DNA of 64,000 nucleotides from Podarcis muralis (Eukaryota): the NCBI RefSeq assembly GCF_964188315.1, contig NC_135655.1, positions 80,166,001 to 80,230,000 of the forward strand, given 5' to 3'. This document shows, piece by piece, positions 12,791-25,500 of this stretch. A program made the translations under genes and the position numbers. The notes beneath the pieces are model-generated. The model was given only the letters and a program-made list of their open reading frames with translations, did not search any database and was not told the origin of the DNA. The number at the start of each line of letters is the position of its first letter. Within the stretch, counting starts at the first letter, position 1.

Positions 12791-14257
12791 TGTTTAACAT
12801 TATATTGTGTACTTCTATATTAAACTTTGCTTGGTATAGCAAGTGGGTGGGAATTATTCTACATCTGGGGGTGGGGGGGAGACAGTGTGAGTATTCACTA
12901 ACTGCCAAACTCATCAAATTACAACAACTACAAAGGACAGACAGTATCCATTTAATGCAGCAGCTGCCACTATATCTGACGGTAGCAAATGAGGAAAGAG
13001 GAGTGAAATGAATAGACACCGATACAGATAGGGTCAGCAGGGAGGAAAACAATAACCATGTGCCACTGGTTTTTACTGACAAGTGCCAGCTAAAACCTTG
13101 AGTCCCAAGTTGGATTAAGGTAGTTGGGTACCCTGGCGCAATTCCCAACATATGACTCTTTTCCCCCCACAAAAAACACATGAAATAAGGTACCACAGAA
13201 TAGGGGCTGCCGTCCACTCTGTGAAGGAATTAGGCCCCTCTGTGCATCCACTGTCACCGAGTAGCAGTAATTACATCTGCCTGTTGCCAATGATGGAAGA
13301 GAAGGAATGTAGGGCCACTCCACTGGGACAGCTGAGAGATCAGAAACTTTTGGCAGCTCCTCTCCTTGCATTTTCCCATCCCAGCTGGTCATTAAAGCAA
13401 CTTGAAAACATGGATTTGAACCAGAGTTTGCTTATTTCCTCCTAGCTCCCTCCATTTCCTTTTGTGTTCTGTATTTTTAGATTGTAAGGCTGAGGGCATA
13501 TATAGTGATTTTAATGATTTGTAAGCTGCTCTGCGAGCCTTTTTTGGCTGAAGAGTGGGATTAAAAAAATAAATAATAAACACACACACACTGCCAAGGA
13601 CATAGACAAGGGCAATATGCAAGGACCAAATCTTCCATATGCAGCTTGTTAATGTTGGCCTCATTGATCTACTGAAGATGTACTAGCAAACAGGACCAAT
13701 ATGTACAAGTTCTGGTGGAGCCTTCAACTGATGTCTCAAAATTCCTGCAAAAATATTTGTGGCTAAGAATAAGAAGAAAGTCTAGGCTAGGGACACAGGA
13801 GTTGTAGCAATTGGACAAAGGCAGTAGCAAATGCAACCTATCAAGCAGAATGGAAGGAAAGTGATGGGCACATCCAACAGTGCATAGGCTGACATAGCTG
13901 AAAACTGGTAAGTACCGTATATCCAGGACAAGGCTGCACTTGTGGGGAGGCCTGAGGCAAACCCATTGCTGTCATGTACTGCATGGAGTCAGATCACTGC
14001 ACCAACTCCAGCAATTGGCTTAAGGAAGGTACCCTCAGCATCTAAGATGCCCAGTAATGAATTACTTATATGGGGTTGCTATGAATATGGATATTCATTA
14101 GTGAAAATACACTTATAGCATAAAGAGTACTATAGACTTCCACAAATCTATGATTCTCAATCATTTGTTCACCTTTTGGACAGAATCATACAATACAGAA
14201 ATCTGCCCAGGAATCCTGGAACTGAGCAGAATATAAAATAATACTACAGTTGTATAA

Positions 14258-14450
14258 GAATAATGATAATGATAATTTATTATTTATACCCCGCCCATCT
14301 GGCTGGATTTCCCCAGCCACTCTGGGTGGCTTCCAACTGAATATTAAAAACAATACAGCGTCAGACATTAAAAACTTCCCTAAACAGGGCCGCCTTCAGT
14401 TGTCTTTTAAAAGTAAAATAGTTGTTTATTGCCTTGACATCTGCTGGGAG
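14258..14450 (-). mobile_element. L2 LINE 3' end (ORF2 C-terminus plus tail)
   Basis: Minus-strand translation LPADVKAINNYFTFKRQLKAALFREVFNV*, then the tail stem-loop and ttatca repeats. Confidence 0.85.
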
Positions 14451-14452
14451 GG

Positions 14453-14702
14453 TCGTACCTTGGAAGTTGAACAGAATCCGTTCCGGAAGTCCATTCAACT
14501 TCTGAAACGTTCAGCTTCCAAAGCGCAGCTTCTGACTGGCTTCAGGAAGTTCCTGCAGCCAATTGGAAGCCGCAGAAGCCCCATCAGACGTTTGGCTTCC
14601 AAAAGAACATTCGAAAACTGGAACATTCACTTTCAGTTTGCAATCATTCGGGAGCCGAAAAGTTCCAACTCTCAAGGCATTCAGGAGCTGAGGTACAACT
14701 GT
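14453..14702. mobile_element. Non-autonomous Tc1/mariner (Tigger-like) MITE
   Basis: Ends gtcgtacct... and ...aggtacaactg are imperfect terminal inverted repeats; related to 16159-16377. Confidence 0.6.
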
Positions 14703-14935
14703 GATTTGTTATGTATAATTTAACAACCATGTGCATTTCTCAATGAACAAGAACACGCAACAATGCCTTTTGTTATCAATCACCCTGCAGTCCTATACCA
14801 GTGGGATTGCTGAAGTGCATTCTGAGTCAGAAAAGGTACTCTGTCAACACTTCTATACCTGTCTTCTCAGAAGTAAGTTGCATTGAATTTAATGGGAGCT
14901 ATAACCAAGTATCTAAAGGACCGCATCACTGAAGC

Positions 14936-14941
14936 TTTATT
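14936..14941 (-). terminator. SDHAF2: Candidate SDHAF2 polyadenylation signal AATAAA
   Basis: tttatt on plus, about 130 nt downstream of the SDHAF2 stop. Confidence 0.55.
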
Positions 14942-15072
14942 ATAGATAAGCAAAGCATGGAAAACAGACCATTCAGGAAATATTTCACAAGAGTGGGACT
15001 CAAGAGGCCTAAATACCACAGTGTGTGCTTCTAGGTTTCAAGAATGTATGGCCTTCTCCAGAAACCACAGGA

Positions 15073-18000
15073 TCAGTGTGAAGCTTCAACAAGATACTCA
15101 AGATCTGGTTGTTGCAGTCTCTTTTCTCTGTTCTTGTTTTTGGTAAACTCTCTAAGCATCTCCATGACTTCATTTTCAAAGATTTCGGGAGCAGGCTTTG
15201 CTTCTTTGGGGAGAAAAAAGGAAGAAGTGAAACAACAGTATAAGCTGTGCTACCAATGTCTGAAGATTCTGTACACTGAGGTGCCCACCAGATGTTGGAT
15301 TCCAACTCAACAGTGCCAGCCAACAAAGATAAGAGTTGTAGTCCAGCAAAATCTGGATGAAAACACATTGGCTACCCCTGCTCAGAACTACAGTCTACAG
15401 ATCTAGTAGGTTTTCAGAGATCTTTTTGTCACTGGACTTAAAATTATTTGTCAAGCCCCATTTCAAAGACATCCCAGTTAGTGTGTTAAGTACAGAAAAG
15501 GAAACAAAATGGAATGCTTGCTTTGCAAACAAGCGAAAGACATTTTTTATGTGACAGGGAGCAAGAATGTTTTTGGAACTTCTTGTAAAATGGCAGTAGG
15601 AAGTCTCGGCCCGTGGCCCTAATTAGGCTGGTGCAGGTCACATGAGGCTGTTGCCCACAACCCACAAGATGTCGTAAGTGAAATGGGGCAGGTATGGGCA
15701 AGAAAAGAACAATCAGGAGTTTAAAGTGAGTTCTCTATTATTTCTTTGAAAGAAGGGTTCTCTGTCAGCACCAATCAGCTGATTAATGCAGACAGGGAGC
15801 CCTGCTGGGAGTCAGTGGCACTCCAAACAGAGCATTTTCTCCTTTGTAGAGAAAAAACGACTAGCTGTTTGGAGCAAACACTTTGAATCCTAATTGCTAC
15901 CTCCAAATGGACTTCAAAGGTTCCCTGTAATGCTCATCAGCTGATTGGTGCTGAAAGTGCATCTTCAAAGAGGATTGTTGTATAGTAACCCATTTGAATG
16001 TTGATAGGTGTTATTTGATGTATTATGCCATCAGGTGACTGACAGTTGGGTGGTCCCATGCATCTGTCAAAGTTGGCCCATGGGAAGCAGGGGGAAGCAG
16101 AGTATTGGCTTACTGGCCAGATCCAGTTCCCCACCCCTGCCATAAAATATATAATATACAGTGGTACCTTGGGTTACAGACGTTTCAGGTTACAGACACT
16201 GCTAACCCAGAAATAGTACCTCGGGTTAAGAACTTTGCTTCAGGATGAGAACAGAAATCGCACGGCAGCAGCATGCCAGCAGCAGGAGGCCCCATTAGCT
16301 AAAGTGGTGCTTCAGGTTAAGAACAGTTTTAGGTTAAGAACTGACCTCCAGAACGAATTAAGGTCTTAACCTGAGGTTATTATCATTATTATGTATTATC
16401 ATTAACTATACAGCAATTCTGCAACCTAAAACTATACTTGTTAAGGAGGATGTTAAGTTATACTAAATTCAAAAAGGGCTTACTGCAAATAAAAATACAT
16501 ATGTTTTAAAGGTAGAGTATACATTAGTTATACTCTTGATCAACCTGACTGCTAGAGTTGGAATGTTTATATGGTGAACATGACAATTTTTAGACCCTGC
16601 TCATAGCTAAAACTGTATTTCGGATTGTCAGTGACAACCTTCTAGGACAATCACACACCTTTTCAGGACAGAGGTCGAAATATTACATGTACTATGCTGC
16701 TGTGTGTGGTCCAGAGGGCAGTAACACGAGAGCAAGCATTTTCTGTGACGGCTCCCCACTTGTGGAATGTTCTCCCCAAAGGGGCTTGCCTGATGCCTTA
16801 TTTACATATCTTTAGGCATCAGTCAAAAACATTCCCGTTCTTCCAGGCTTTTGGCCTTTTTAACTGTGTGCAGGGAGGTTATTGTTTGTTACTATGTTAT
16901 ATATTTTTATATTATGAAATACCCTTCATAAGACACGCCCCCCAAGTCACATAAGAGCCAATAGCAAGTGACCCCAAAATACAGTGTTTTGCTTTACCTG
17001 TTGCCCAGTAGTAGATATCCCAATCATTGCTGGGCTCATTAATCAGGCGATCATAAAGATCTAGCTGTTGCTCATTCATTCGATTCAGATTCTCTTTGGC
17101 AAAGAAACTATGGGAAACAATAAAACAGCATACTGGGAAAACCAGAGTAGGTAGAAAAAAAGATACAGATACCACAATGTAATAAAAATACTACATTCTG
17201 GCTATGCAAGTGTCAGAAATTTCTGCACACCCATTCAGACAAACAAAAGGCATTATTACAGTTCAAGGTCCAATTCTCTCCAGGCAAAAGCACTGAGGAG
17301 CAGGGCCACTGAGGGGTGTGGCCTTTGAAGAAGAGTCCCAGGAGCTGGATAGAGGGTCCCAGAGGGGAGACCACATTCATCCCCAGGTTCCCCTCTACCA
17401 GTTCAAGATAAACCAGTGTCTGACTATACCCTTGATAACAAAGAGAAAACAGAATGGACAATCTTCTCCTTTTTCCTCTATAAGCTGATTTTCAATATTT
17501 CATAACAATGCTTCCTAGTGGTGTCCTTGGATAAGGGTATTTCCAAGTGCAAGGAGAGTGCAACATTTCTTTTTTTAAAAAATGTAGGTTTATAAAATGA
17601 TGCACACTATGGAGAAAGTAGACAACAATGATTAGGTACTCACTGTTTTTCAGCTAAATTTCCAGTTGCATTTTATAAGTTTAAACTGCCCAGAGAACAT
17701 ACGGTAGTTTCATCATTCTTATCTCTGTTTTATTATACATTATAAAGTATAATAATAATAATAATAGAAAAATTCTAATAAAAGGGGGGGGGAGAGATAC
17801 TGGAGTGTGGGAATTTTAAAGACTCGATTCTTAATTTCGTTACCAGGAAACAAGTCCAAGTTGAAAGCAACGAGGAGGTTTAGGAAAGGCAGAACAGAAG
17901 GCGACGGCTCACCTGAGCAGGAGGCAGTTCTCCAGCATGCCCCTCTTGCGGCTCTCGTACAGCAGCCTCGCGCGCTTCCTCGCCGGGGCTTCGTGGGGCC

Positions 18001-18477
18001 GAGCCTGCCAAGGCGGCAGAGGGATCTCCAGCAGATCCCGCCCGGAGTCGGAGGGAGAGTCCCCGCGGTAGCAGCACTTCGACGAGCGGAGGACGCAGGC
18101 GGGGAGCAGAAAGAGGCGCTGCGAGACAAACAGGCAGGGAAGCGGCGTAAGGCAACCAAGGGCGGCAGAAGCAGCGTCCGACCCACCACTCCGTTACTAC
18201 GCGAACGCGCCGGAGCTGCTGCTGGTGCGACGGTTGGGGAGTCGGACTAGGACTCGGGGAGGCCGTGACGCTCAGAGAGTGACCTTGGGGGCCAGTCGCT
18301 GCCTCTCAATCTCAGCCTAGCCCGCCTGGCAGGGTTGGTGTTGTGGGGATTAAACCAGGAGGACTAGGCGCTCCACCCTGAGCTCCTTGGAGGAGAAGCG
18401 GGGGGCACGAATTCAACAAATGCCTAGGTACATAATACACATCTCCCTTTACTCACGCGAACGCTCAACGCCGCCAT
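15073..18477 (-). CDS. SDHAF2: Succinate dehydrogenase assembly factor 2, complete, 155 aa, 4 exons
   Basis: Exons 18477-18457 (MAALSVR), 18118-17913 (...[22 protein letters not shown]...[22 protein letters not shown]), 17107-16998 (FFAKENL...[20 protein letters not shown]), 15203-15073 ([43 protein letters not shown]). 468 nt, GT-AG, SDH5-family RGMLEN motif. Confidence 0.98.
16159..16377 (+). mobile_element. Tigger/pogo-like MITE, 3'-truncated
   Basis: TA then cagtggtaccttgggtt..., with internal aggttaagaac repeats. Confidence 0.7.
16700..16900 (+). mobile_element. L2 LINE 3' fragment
   Basis: Translation [15 protein letters not shown]..., typical of the L2 ORF2 end; lies in SDHAF2 intron 3. 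Confidence 0.7.
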
Positions 18478-19500
18478 CCTGGTTTCCTCCGCAGCCGCTC
18501 TACCCTTCACGGCCCACCATAGACACAGAGCCTCTCAGCTTCTCCACAACGCATGCGCCCTAAAGCCACCTCTCGGCCTCCCGCGCCCGCTTCGGAAAAG
18601 CCTCCTACGGAGAGCGGCCTTTTCTGTTTTTGTTTACTCTTGCGCGAGGCGGCAGAGCAACAAACCGGAAGGGGCGGGGCTCGGCAGGGAGGAAGGGGCG
18701 GGGCAACGGGAGGAGGCGCTGGCTGTAGCGGTGAGAGGAGGAGGGGAGGAGGCGGCCGAGGACGAGGGGGGGTGGGGGTTCGCGCGCGCGTTTTGGGCCT
18801 GCCTGGGATTGCTAGGCCTTGAGCAGTATAACGGGCCCCGAGCGGCGCCGGGGAGGCGGCGGAGCTTCGTGGCCGGGGTGAGCGCGGGGGAAGTGGGCAG
18901 CGGCGGCGGCGGCGTGTCTCCGTCGCAGCGCGGGAAAAAGGAGGCGATGGCGGGCGCGAGCGTCCAGGCGCGCGCAGCTATGGCGGCCCGCGGAGGAGGG
19001 GAGGCGGGGAGGGAGGCGGCGGCGGCGGCGGCCCGGCTCTCGGGTTCTCCGCTGCCGGTGGAAGGCCCCGCCGTCCGAGTGGCACTGAGGCGGCGAGGGG
19101 GGCGGGGCCGCCTGCGCGGGATCCTCGGCGGAGCGGGGCTGCGCGGGAACGGGCCTGGGCTCTGCCGGCGGCGGCCGCGTGAGGCGGCGATCTCACTAAC
19201 CTGCGTCTCCTTCCCGCTTCTCTTTGCTCTGTGACCCCCGCAGTGCGGCTCTTCCTTCTCCCCCCACCCCCGGTTCTCTCGGCGGCTCCCCTGGAGAAAT
19301 ATGTCGGAAGGAGTGGACCTCATCGACATCTACGCCGACGAAGAGTTTAACCAGGTGAGCGCGGCTGCGGACCCCGCTGGGTGGGCGTAAGGGCTGCGCC
19401 ACCGTCTCGGCGGGATGTGGAAGGGCGGCAGGTGAGCGCTAGAAGAAGAGGCGAACTCTCCACGAGCCCCGAAACTTCGGCCCGTGCTGAGGTCTCAAAA
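17800..19500. promoter_or_regulatory. CpG island and bidirectional SDHAF2/CPSF7 promoter
   Basis: Very GC- and CpG-rich. Divergent ATGs at 18477 (minus) and 19301 (plus). ETS CCGGAAG at 18665-18671 and NRF1-like GCATGCGC at 18551-18558. Candidate CPSF7 5' UTR donor at 18731 and acceptor at 19243/19244. Confidence 0.9.
18247..18420 (+). mobile_element. Squam3-like SINE in SDHAF2 intron 1
   Basis: gtgaccttgggggccagtcgctgcctctc...cagcctagcc...agggttg...ctccaccctgagctccttggaggagaag; related to 9970-10158. Confidence 0.6.
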
Positions 19501-22500
19501 GAGAGGTTTGTCCTCAGGTGCGTTGTTAGGCTGCTGGAGCATCCTTTCCTTGCACGGTAGAAATGCGAAAATCTCTGTAGAAGCAAATTCCGTTGTGTGA
19601 AAAGTTCGTTGAGTGAGAAGTGAATAGTGTTAAATCAGCGTTATAACTGGAGATTTCCTAATAAACTCCTCACATTTGCCAATTGGTGTGAATTGTTTTA
19701 CTCTACAGGAAAGAAAACCTCATGAACCAAATGAATGCATGTTGGAAAAAATGTTGAATCACTATTTGTGCGTGTGTGTTTTGGAATGTATGAAGGCTTC
19801 CTTTAAAAAAAAAAGAAATAGGAAGTTACAGCATGATAGAAATAGAAAGTAATAGCATGTTAGTCTCCGTAGTCTCTTAAGTGAGAGGCGCCTTCCTGGA
19901 ATCAAGTTAACATAACAGTTGAGGATGCTGAATCTTTTAGAAATATGTAACCTGGGTCAGTGAGCAGACCAAGATGGTTGGTACAGTAGCTCCTGCATGT
20001 GATTTCAAGTTACATAGTATTCTGTCCCATTCGCCGCACCACATTGACACAAAAAATAAAACATGGAAACTGACAGGCAATTACGCAGTTAATCACAGGC
20101 AATACTAGCACCTTCATAGGAAAAGATCCTTCAGTTTTGTGCACACATTGCTTGCAGTACATATTCTTTATAGCCTAAAAAGTGAACAGTTAAGTGATGT
20201 TAGGGGTGTAGGTAACAGCAACTTTAGTCCACCTTACAGTTCTACTTCCCACGTTTCATGCCTGCTTATACCTAATATTTTTTGTTACAATTATAAATTG
20301 GGTCATCTTAGTTATTGAAATGACTGTGTTTAATGGGAGAAAGAAGTGGGAAGACAGGATAACCTTTTCTGTCTGATGTACTAACTTTGTGTGAGAGTGC
20401 ATTGCACTAGAAATCAAATCTGGTTTGTGGTGTATATTGTTCCCTATTGATTTCAATCCTCAAGGCTTGATTAATGTAGCACACTTTATGTGGGGCTACC
20501 CTTTATCTAGTCCGGAAGCTTCAATTTGTGCAGAATGCAGTGGCCAGACTGCTCAAAGGAGCAACATACAACTGCTGCTGAGGGAGCTGTTGTGGTTGGC
20601 TGTTTGTTACCTGCCTAGGTTCAAGGTACTTACATTAATTCACAAAACCCTAAACAGTACAGGCCTTTGCAATACGATTTTTCTCTTTAATGATGTTTTA
20701 TTGATGCTTTTTGCTGCTTTTATTTTTATATGCTGTTAACCACTTTGGCATATTTTGATGAAAGTGTGGATTATAAATACATAAATAAATAAATAGAAAT
20801 AAACACCCACATGTGTTTCAAGTGTGTGTTTATGTATTACTTTAAATAGAACATTAAGAAGGCCATGCAATTCCATAAGCAGTAGGACTGGAACCAAACT
20901 TACACTGAACAGAATTATACTGTAACCACAGAAACATGGCAACCAGCAGCCAGTTTGTTCATAATAACTCCTTTAGTGGCATTGTTCAGTGGCAGAGCAC
21001 AACAAACCACGCAGGAGGTCCCAAGAGCAGTCCCTGCCATCTCCAGATAGTGACTGACTGCTGTCTGAAGCCCTGGAGAACCTTTGCCAGTTGGTCTAGC
21101 AAATACTAAGCTATATGGACAGTGGTCTGACTTGCCTTAAACCAGCACCCAATATTCCTACAAACCTGGGCTGAAGAACATATAGCTCCATATGCTTTAG
21201 GGCCCCTCTGCTACCTTCCGTCCTGGGCTGCATGGTTAGTGCTCAGGGATGATGGGCATTGTAGTTAAGCACATCTGGGGGGGGTGTCACAGGCTTCCTA
21301 CATGTGCAGTACTCATAGTCCTTACTCCAGGTAAAGATAAAGCATATAGTTTATATTGCCAAGGTCCCAAGTTTGATCTTGCCACCTCCAAGCATCTCCA
21401 TTTTGTCCCGTCATTAATTCCTGGTCACACCCATTCTTTCCTGTTGATTTATTTACTACTATGCATAAGTTTCATTTCACAAGGGTTCTAGTTTATGTTC
21501 ATTAAGTATCCCTGTATGTGGTTATAGCACTAGATTGATTGGTGTACAAGAGACGATTAATACCTATATGTCAGCTTTCCTGTATCTTGGTTTGGGATGT
21601 GTAGGAACATTTCCTTTTTTGGGTTGACGTTAGGGGTGCCCAGTGCTAATTCCCTCCAATGTCAGGTGTACATTCAGGTGTATTCATGTACATGCCATCT
21701 TGCATTCACAACTAGTGCAAAGGCACTTAGCTGTTTTCAGTAATTTTGAATATATGAATGCTGGTGAAGTTGTTGCAACATCACACAGGGTTTCTGCTGC
21801 TGCACTAACTGTTTTTTCTGACTGCATGGCTCTAGGTAATGACCACATTTCATCTCTGGGAGCATTGGATGGATGGATGCTTGTCTCTGGAAGGCGTGGG
21901 GTGTATGTTAAATGTTCCACTTGATCAGGGAAAATTTATTGTATTCTGCCTATAGTACCCCATTTTTAAATATTCTGTTCCCTATCAAGAGTAAAAGAAG
22001 TATAACACGAGTATGTAATGAATTAATTTTATCTATAAGAGTTTTTCATATTTCTACAATAGTTTTCTAGAGTAAAGGACTGTTCTTGTAAACTTGGTAA
22101 TCTGTTCTGGTGAAGGTGTTCTACCCTGAAAAAGTTTTAATTACAACAAATCACTGGTGTAGATGACACCATTATAGCTTTCAGACAAATATGTTTTATA
22201 TATTTATTTAAAATTCCTAGTTGTGGCAAGAGGAGAAACATAAAATATACTGAGGACCAAATCCTCTTGTTCAGGTATTTGTTACATAATTCAAAAACTT
22301 TATATGACTTTTGTGCACATTTATCATGTGTGCTATGTCTATTTCCTGTAGTATTTCTGCCTACCATACACTTCATTCTGTATACCTTCAGCCACTCTCC
22401 TCTTTAATGTGTGCTTACCTAGTCTTCACCCACATTGGCTTGTTCCCCAGTGGATAGATTTAGGCCACATTCGCAGCATACTTTTAAAGTACTATGATAC

Positions 22501-25500
22501 CACTTTAAACTGTCATGGCTTCTCCCAAAGAATTCTGGGAGCTGTCGTTTATCAAGCATGCTGAGAATTGTTAGGAAATCCCCATTCCCCTCACAGAGCT
22601 ACCACAGTTCCCACAGTGGTTTAACAATCAGCCCCTCTTCATAGGGAACTCTAGGAATTGAAGTTATGGGAAGGGAATAGGAGTCTCCTAACAACTTTCA
22701 GCACCTCAAGAGTGCTTTAAATGTATGATTTGAATGTGACCTTACCAGTGTACGTGGTGAGAAAGAAAGAACAGTATTTATAGGCCTATAGTTGCTTCAT
22801 CATGTATTGCCAATGATGTCGTCAGCCACACTTGATCTGTTGCAGGATAAGAAGAATAGTGAAAATGTACTCCCCATTTCTTCACTGTATATATGGATGG
22901 AGCTTCCCTGGGGGCAGGTGGGGGGGGGGGCGTACTCTGGCTGTGGATAGCAACTTCAACTTGGATGGTGGTGTTTTGTGGTGGGTTACCGTATTTTTCA
23001 TTCTATAAGACGCACCAGACCATAAGACGCACCTAGTTTTTGGAGGAGGAAAACAAGGAAAAAAATATTCTGACTCTCAGAAGCCAGAACAACAAGAGGG
23101 ATCACTGTGTAGCGAAAGCAGCGATTCCTCTTGCTCTTCTGGCTTCTGGGATAGCTGTGCAGCCTGCATTCGCTCCATAAGACGCACACACATTTCCCCT
23201 TACTTTTTAGGAGGGAAAAAGTGAGTCTTATAGAGCAAAAAATACGGTATTTGCTACTATGTATGGCTTATTCCCCACACTGCTTACCTTTCATGGGAAC
23301 CTGCTTACTAGTGTGCATCTCCTTTTGTAAGTACAGGAGTTGAACTTCTTAGCTGTTTGTGTACTGAGCAATGAGACAGGCTGCTTCTGGAGAGCCTGAA
23401 AACATAGTAAACATTGGACACCTGCCCTTTCTTCCTTTCTTTTTCTTATTTGAATCTCACCCATGGCCATAGTTGTGACATCTCTGGCTGCTACACAAGT
23501 GCAGAGTTGCACCACCACAATGGTTTTGACAGATGTGAGCTATGTGCAGGTGTAAATGTTCCATTTGTGTAGGAGTAGGGCTCCTTTCCATGGTGCAAAA
23601 CTTGTCAGTTATCACGTGTTTTCCCCACTATGGATAGCAGGGAACTGTCTTCACATTAGATGCTGAATTCCCAGTTCATGATCTGCCCTACCAGTCTGAT
23701 CAGGTTGTGTGCATAGAGCTCATATTTTTTAATACATGTATTCCAGAATAGTTTATGTACTGAGTCTGGTTATGTGTTTGGTGTGTGGCACCTTGTGATT
23801 CCATGTGCTTGTTCAAGAGTATGATGATTAGCTATGCTCTTTTTTTCAGTTGGGGCTGTACCTGAACCTCTGCTTGAGGAACATGGGAAGCTGCCTTATA
23901 CTAAATCAGACCATTTGTCTCTGTAGCTCAGTATTGTCTACAGTGACTAGCAGTGGCTCTCTGAATTTTAAGACGAGGGTATCTCCCAGCCCTATCTGGT
24001 ATGCCAGAGATTGACCTTTTGATATTCTGCATGCAGTGCTGATGCTCTACCTTTCAGCTATGGCCCAGTCCCAGATCCCCTCTGGAGTGGGTTCTGATGT
24101 AATGGATGCTGCTGCCCATGTTATTTCCCCTCGTTTAAGAGTAACTTGGTTCCCATAGCTTTTCAATGGGTTGTCTTTATATGCTAACCCTTTCATTTCA
24201 GAGTTCTGTCCCTGTGTGTTTTGGCAGGAGAGTTATTCATGCTTGTCTAACGGTGGAGGGTGTGTGCTGTTTCCTATGAGGTAGTATGATGGTTATCAAT
24301 GTACACTCATGGTCCTTGGATAGAATGCTAATGAGCAACATATTTTTTTTCATTAGTTTCCTTTTCTTCCATCTTAGCAGCATTAGGATTTGCACACCAC
24401 AACTTCAGTAGTGCAGCAGTATTACATGGATGTGGGAATACACCTTTGGACCCAGAGATGCAAAAGTTGCCTGTAAGCTTTCTTGTCCATAAGAGAATCC
24501 ACTGAAGAACTAGAGAAGGCATGACTAAATAACAAGAACAATTGGACCAAGAGCCTGTGAGCTTACTGTATGTAGGGATTCATCTGGAGGCCTTTGTCAA
24601 CTTAGAGCCTTTTCAGTTGTGGCACACACCTTATTAAATACCTTACCCAATGAGATCAGTCAGGCCTTCACACTGTTTTTAAGTAGCAGGCAGAAACATG
24701 ACTCTTTAAGAAGACTTTTGACTGTCTTCTCCCCACTCTCAGTTTAATTTGTTTAATGTTGTGCCTTTATGTGATTTTCAGGAATTACTTATATTCTTCG
24801 ACCTGGCATGTTAACAATTGCTCATTACCACTATTTTTTAGAATTGCTGCTCTTTTATGTTTTTAGATATCGTATGAAACTTTGTTTTGGAAACCACCCT
24901 GATTCCATTTTTTCCCCTTAAAGGCAGGTTATAGGTTTTTACAATAAATTAATAGTTGAGCCAAGAATATAGCACTGTGTTCTAGGATCAAGTTTTGGAA
25001 ATGGAAATCTCAATGTATGGAAGTAGGCTAAAGATTTGATCAAAGTTTCAGCAAACTATTTGTTTCCTCTTCAGATTCAGAGTGCAAACAAGAATGTGTT
25101 GCAAATGCAGCTTCATGAAAAATACACATTGTAGAGAGTTCAAAGCCTCTGTGCCATGCAGAAGTAAAGAAGCACATACTATGGCTTGGGTCCAGAGTTC
25201 CTGCAGGCAGAACTTTGCTCAATCTGTGCTCCCATTGGAGGAAAGGAAAAGCAATCTCCACTGATGCTTCCTGCCCCCTGAAAAACTGCTCTGAGGCGAG
25301 GGTGTTGAGGAAGACCCTTTGGAACTGCATGGGAGGTGGCAGCAGGAGGAAATCAGCAAAAATGGCCATCTCTGCCTCCCTCCAGCAGGAGCCATCCCTT
25401 CCACAAATGAAGGGAAACTCTTGATGAAGCCTCGTGCATTTAAATTTTGAAGAAAAGGGTCGGGCTTTCCATGGAATTGAGCTTTACTCTGATTGTAAAA

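Noticed and set aside
14250-14723. 157-aa plus-strand ORF
   Set aside because: It runs across the antisense of an L2 tail and a MITE and has no recognisable protein features.
17740-19586. Long overlapping ORFs (up to 231 aa) rich in Arg/Pro/Ala/Gly
   Set aside because: Stop-codon depletion in a CpG island; the only real coding parts are SDHAF2 exons 1-2 and CPSF7 coding exon 1.
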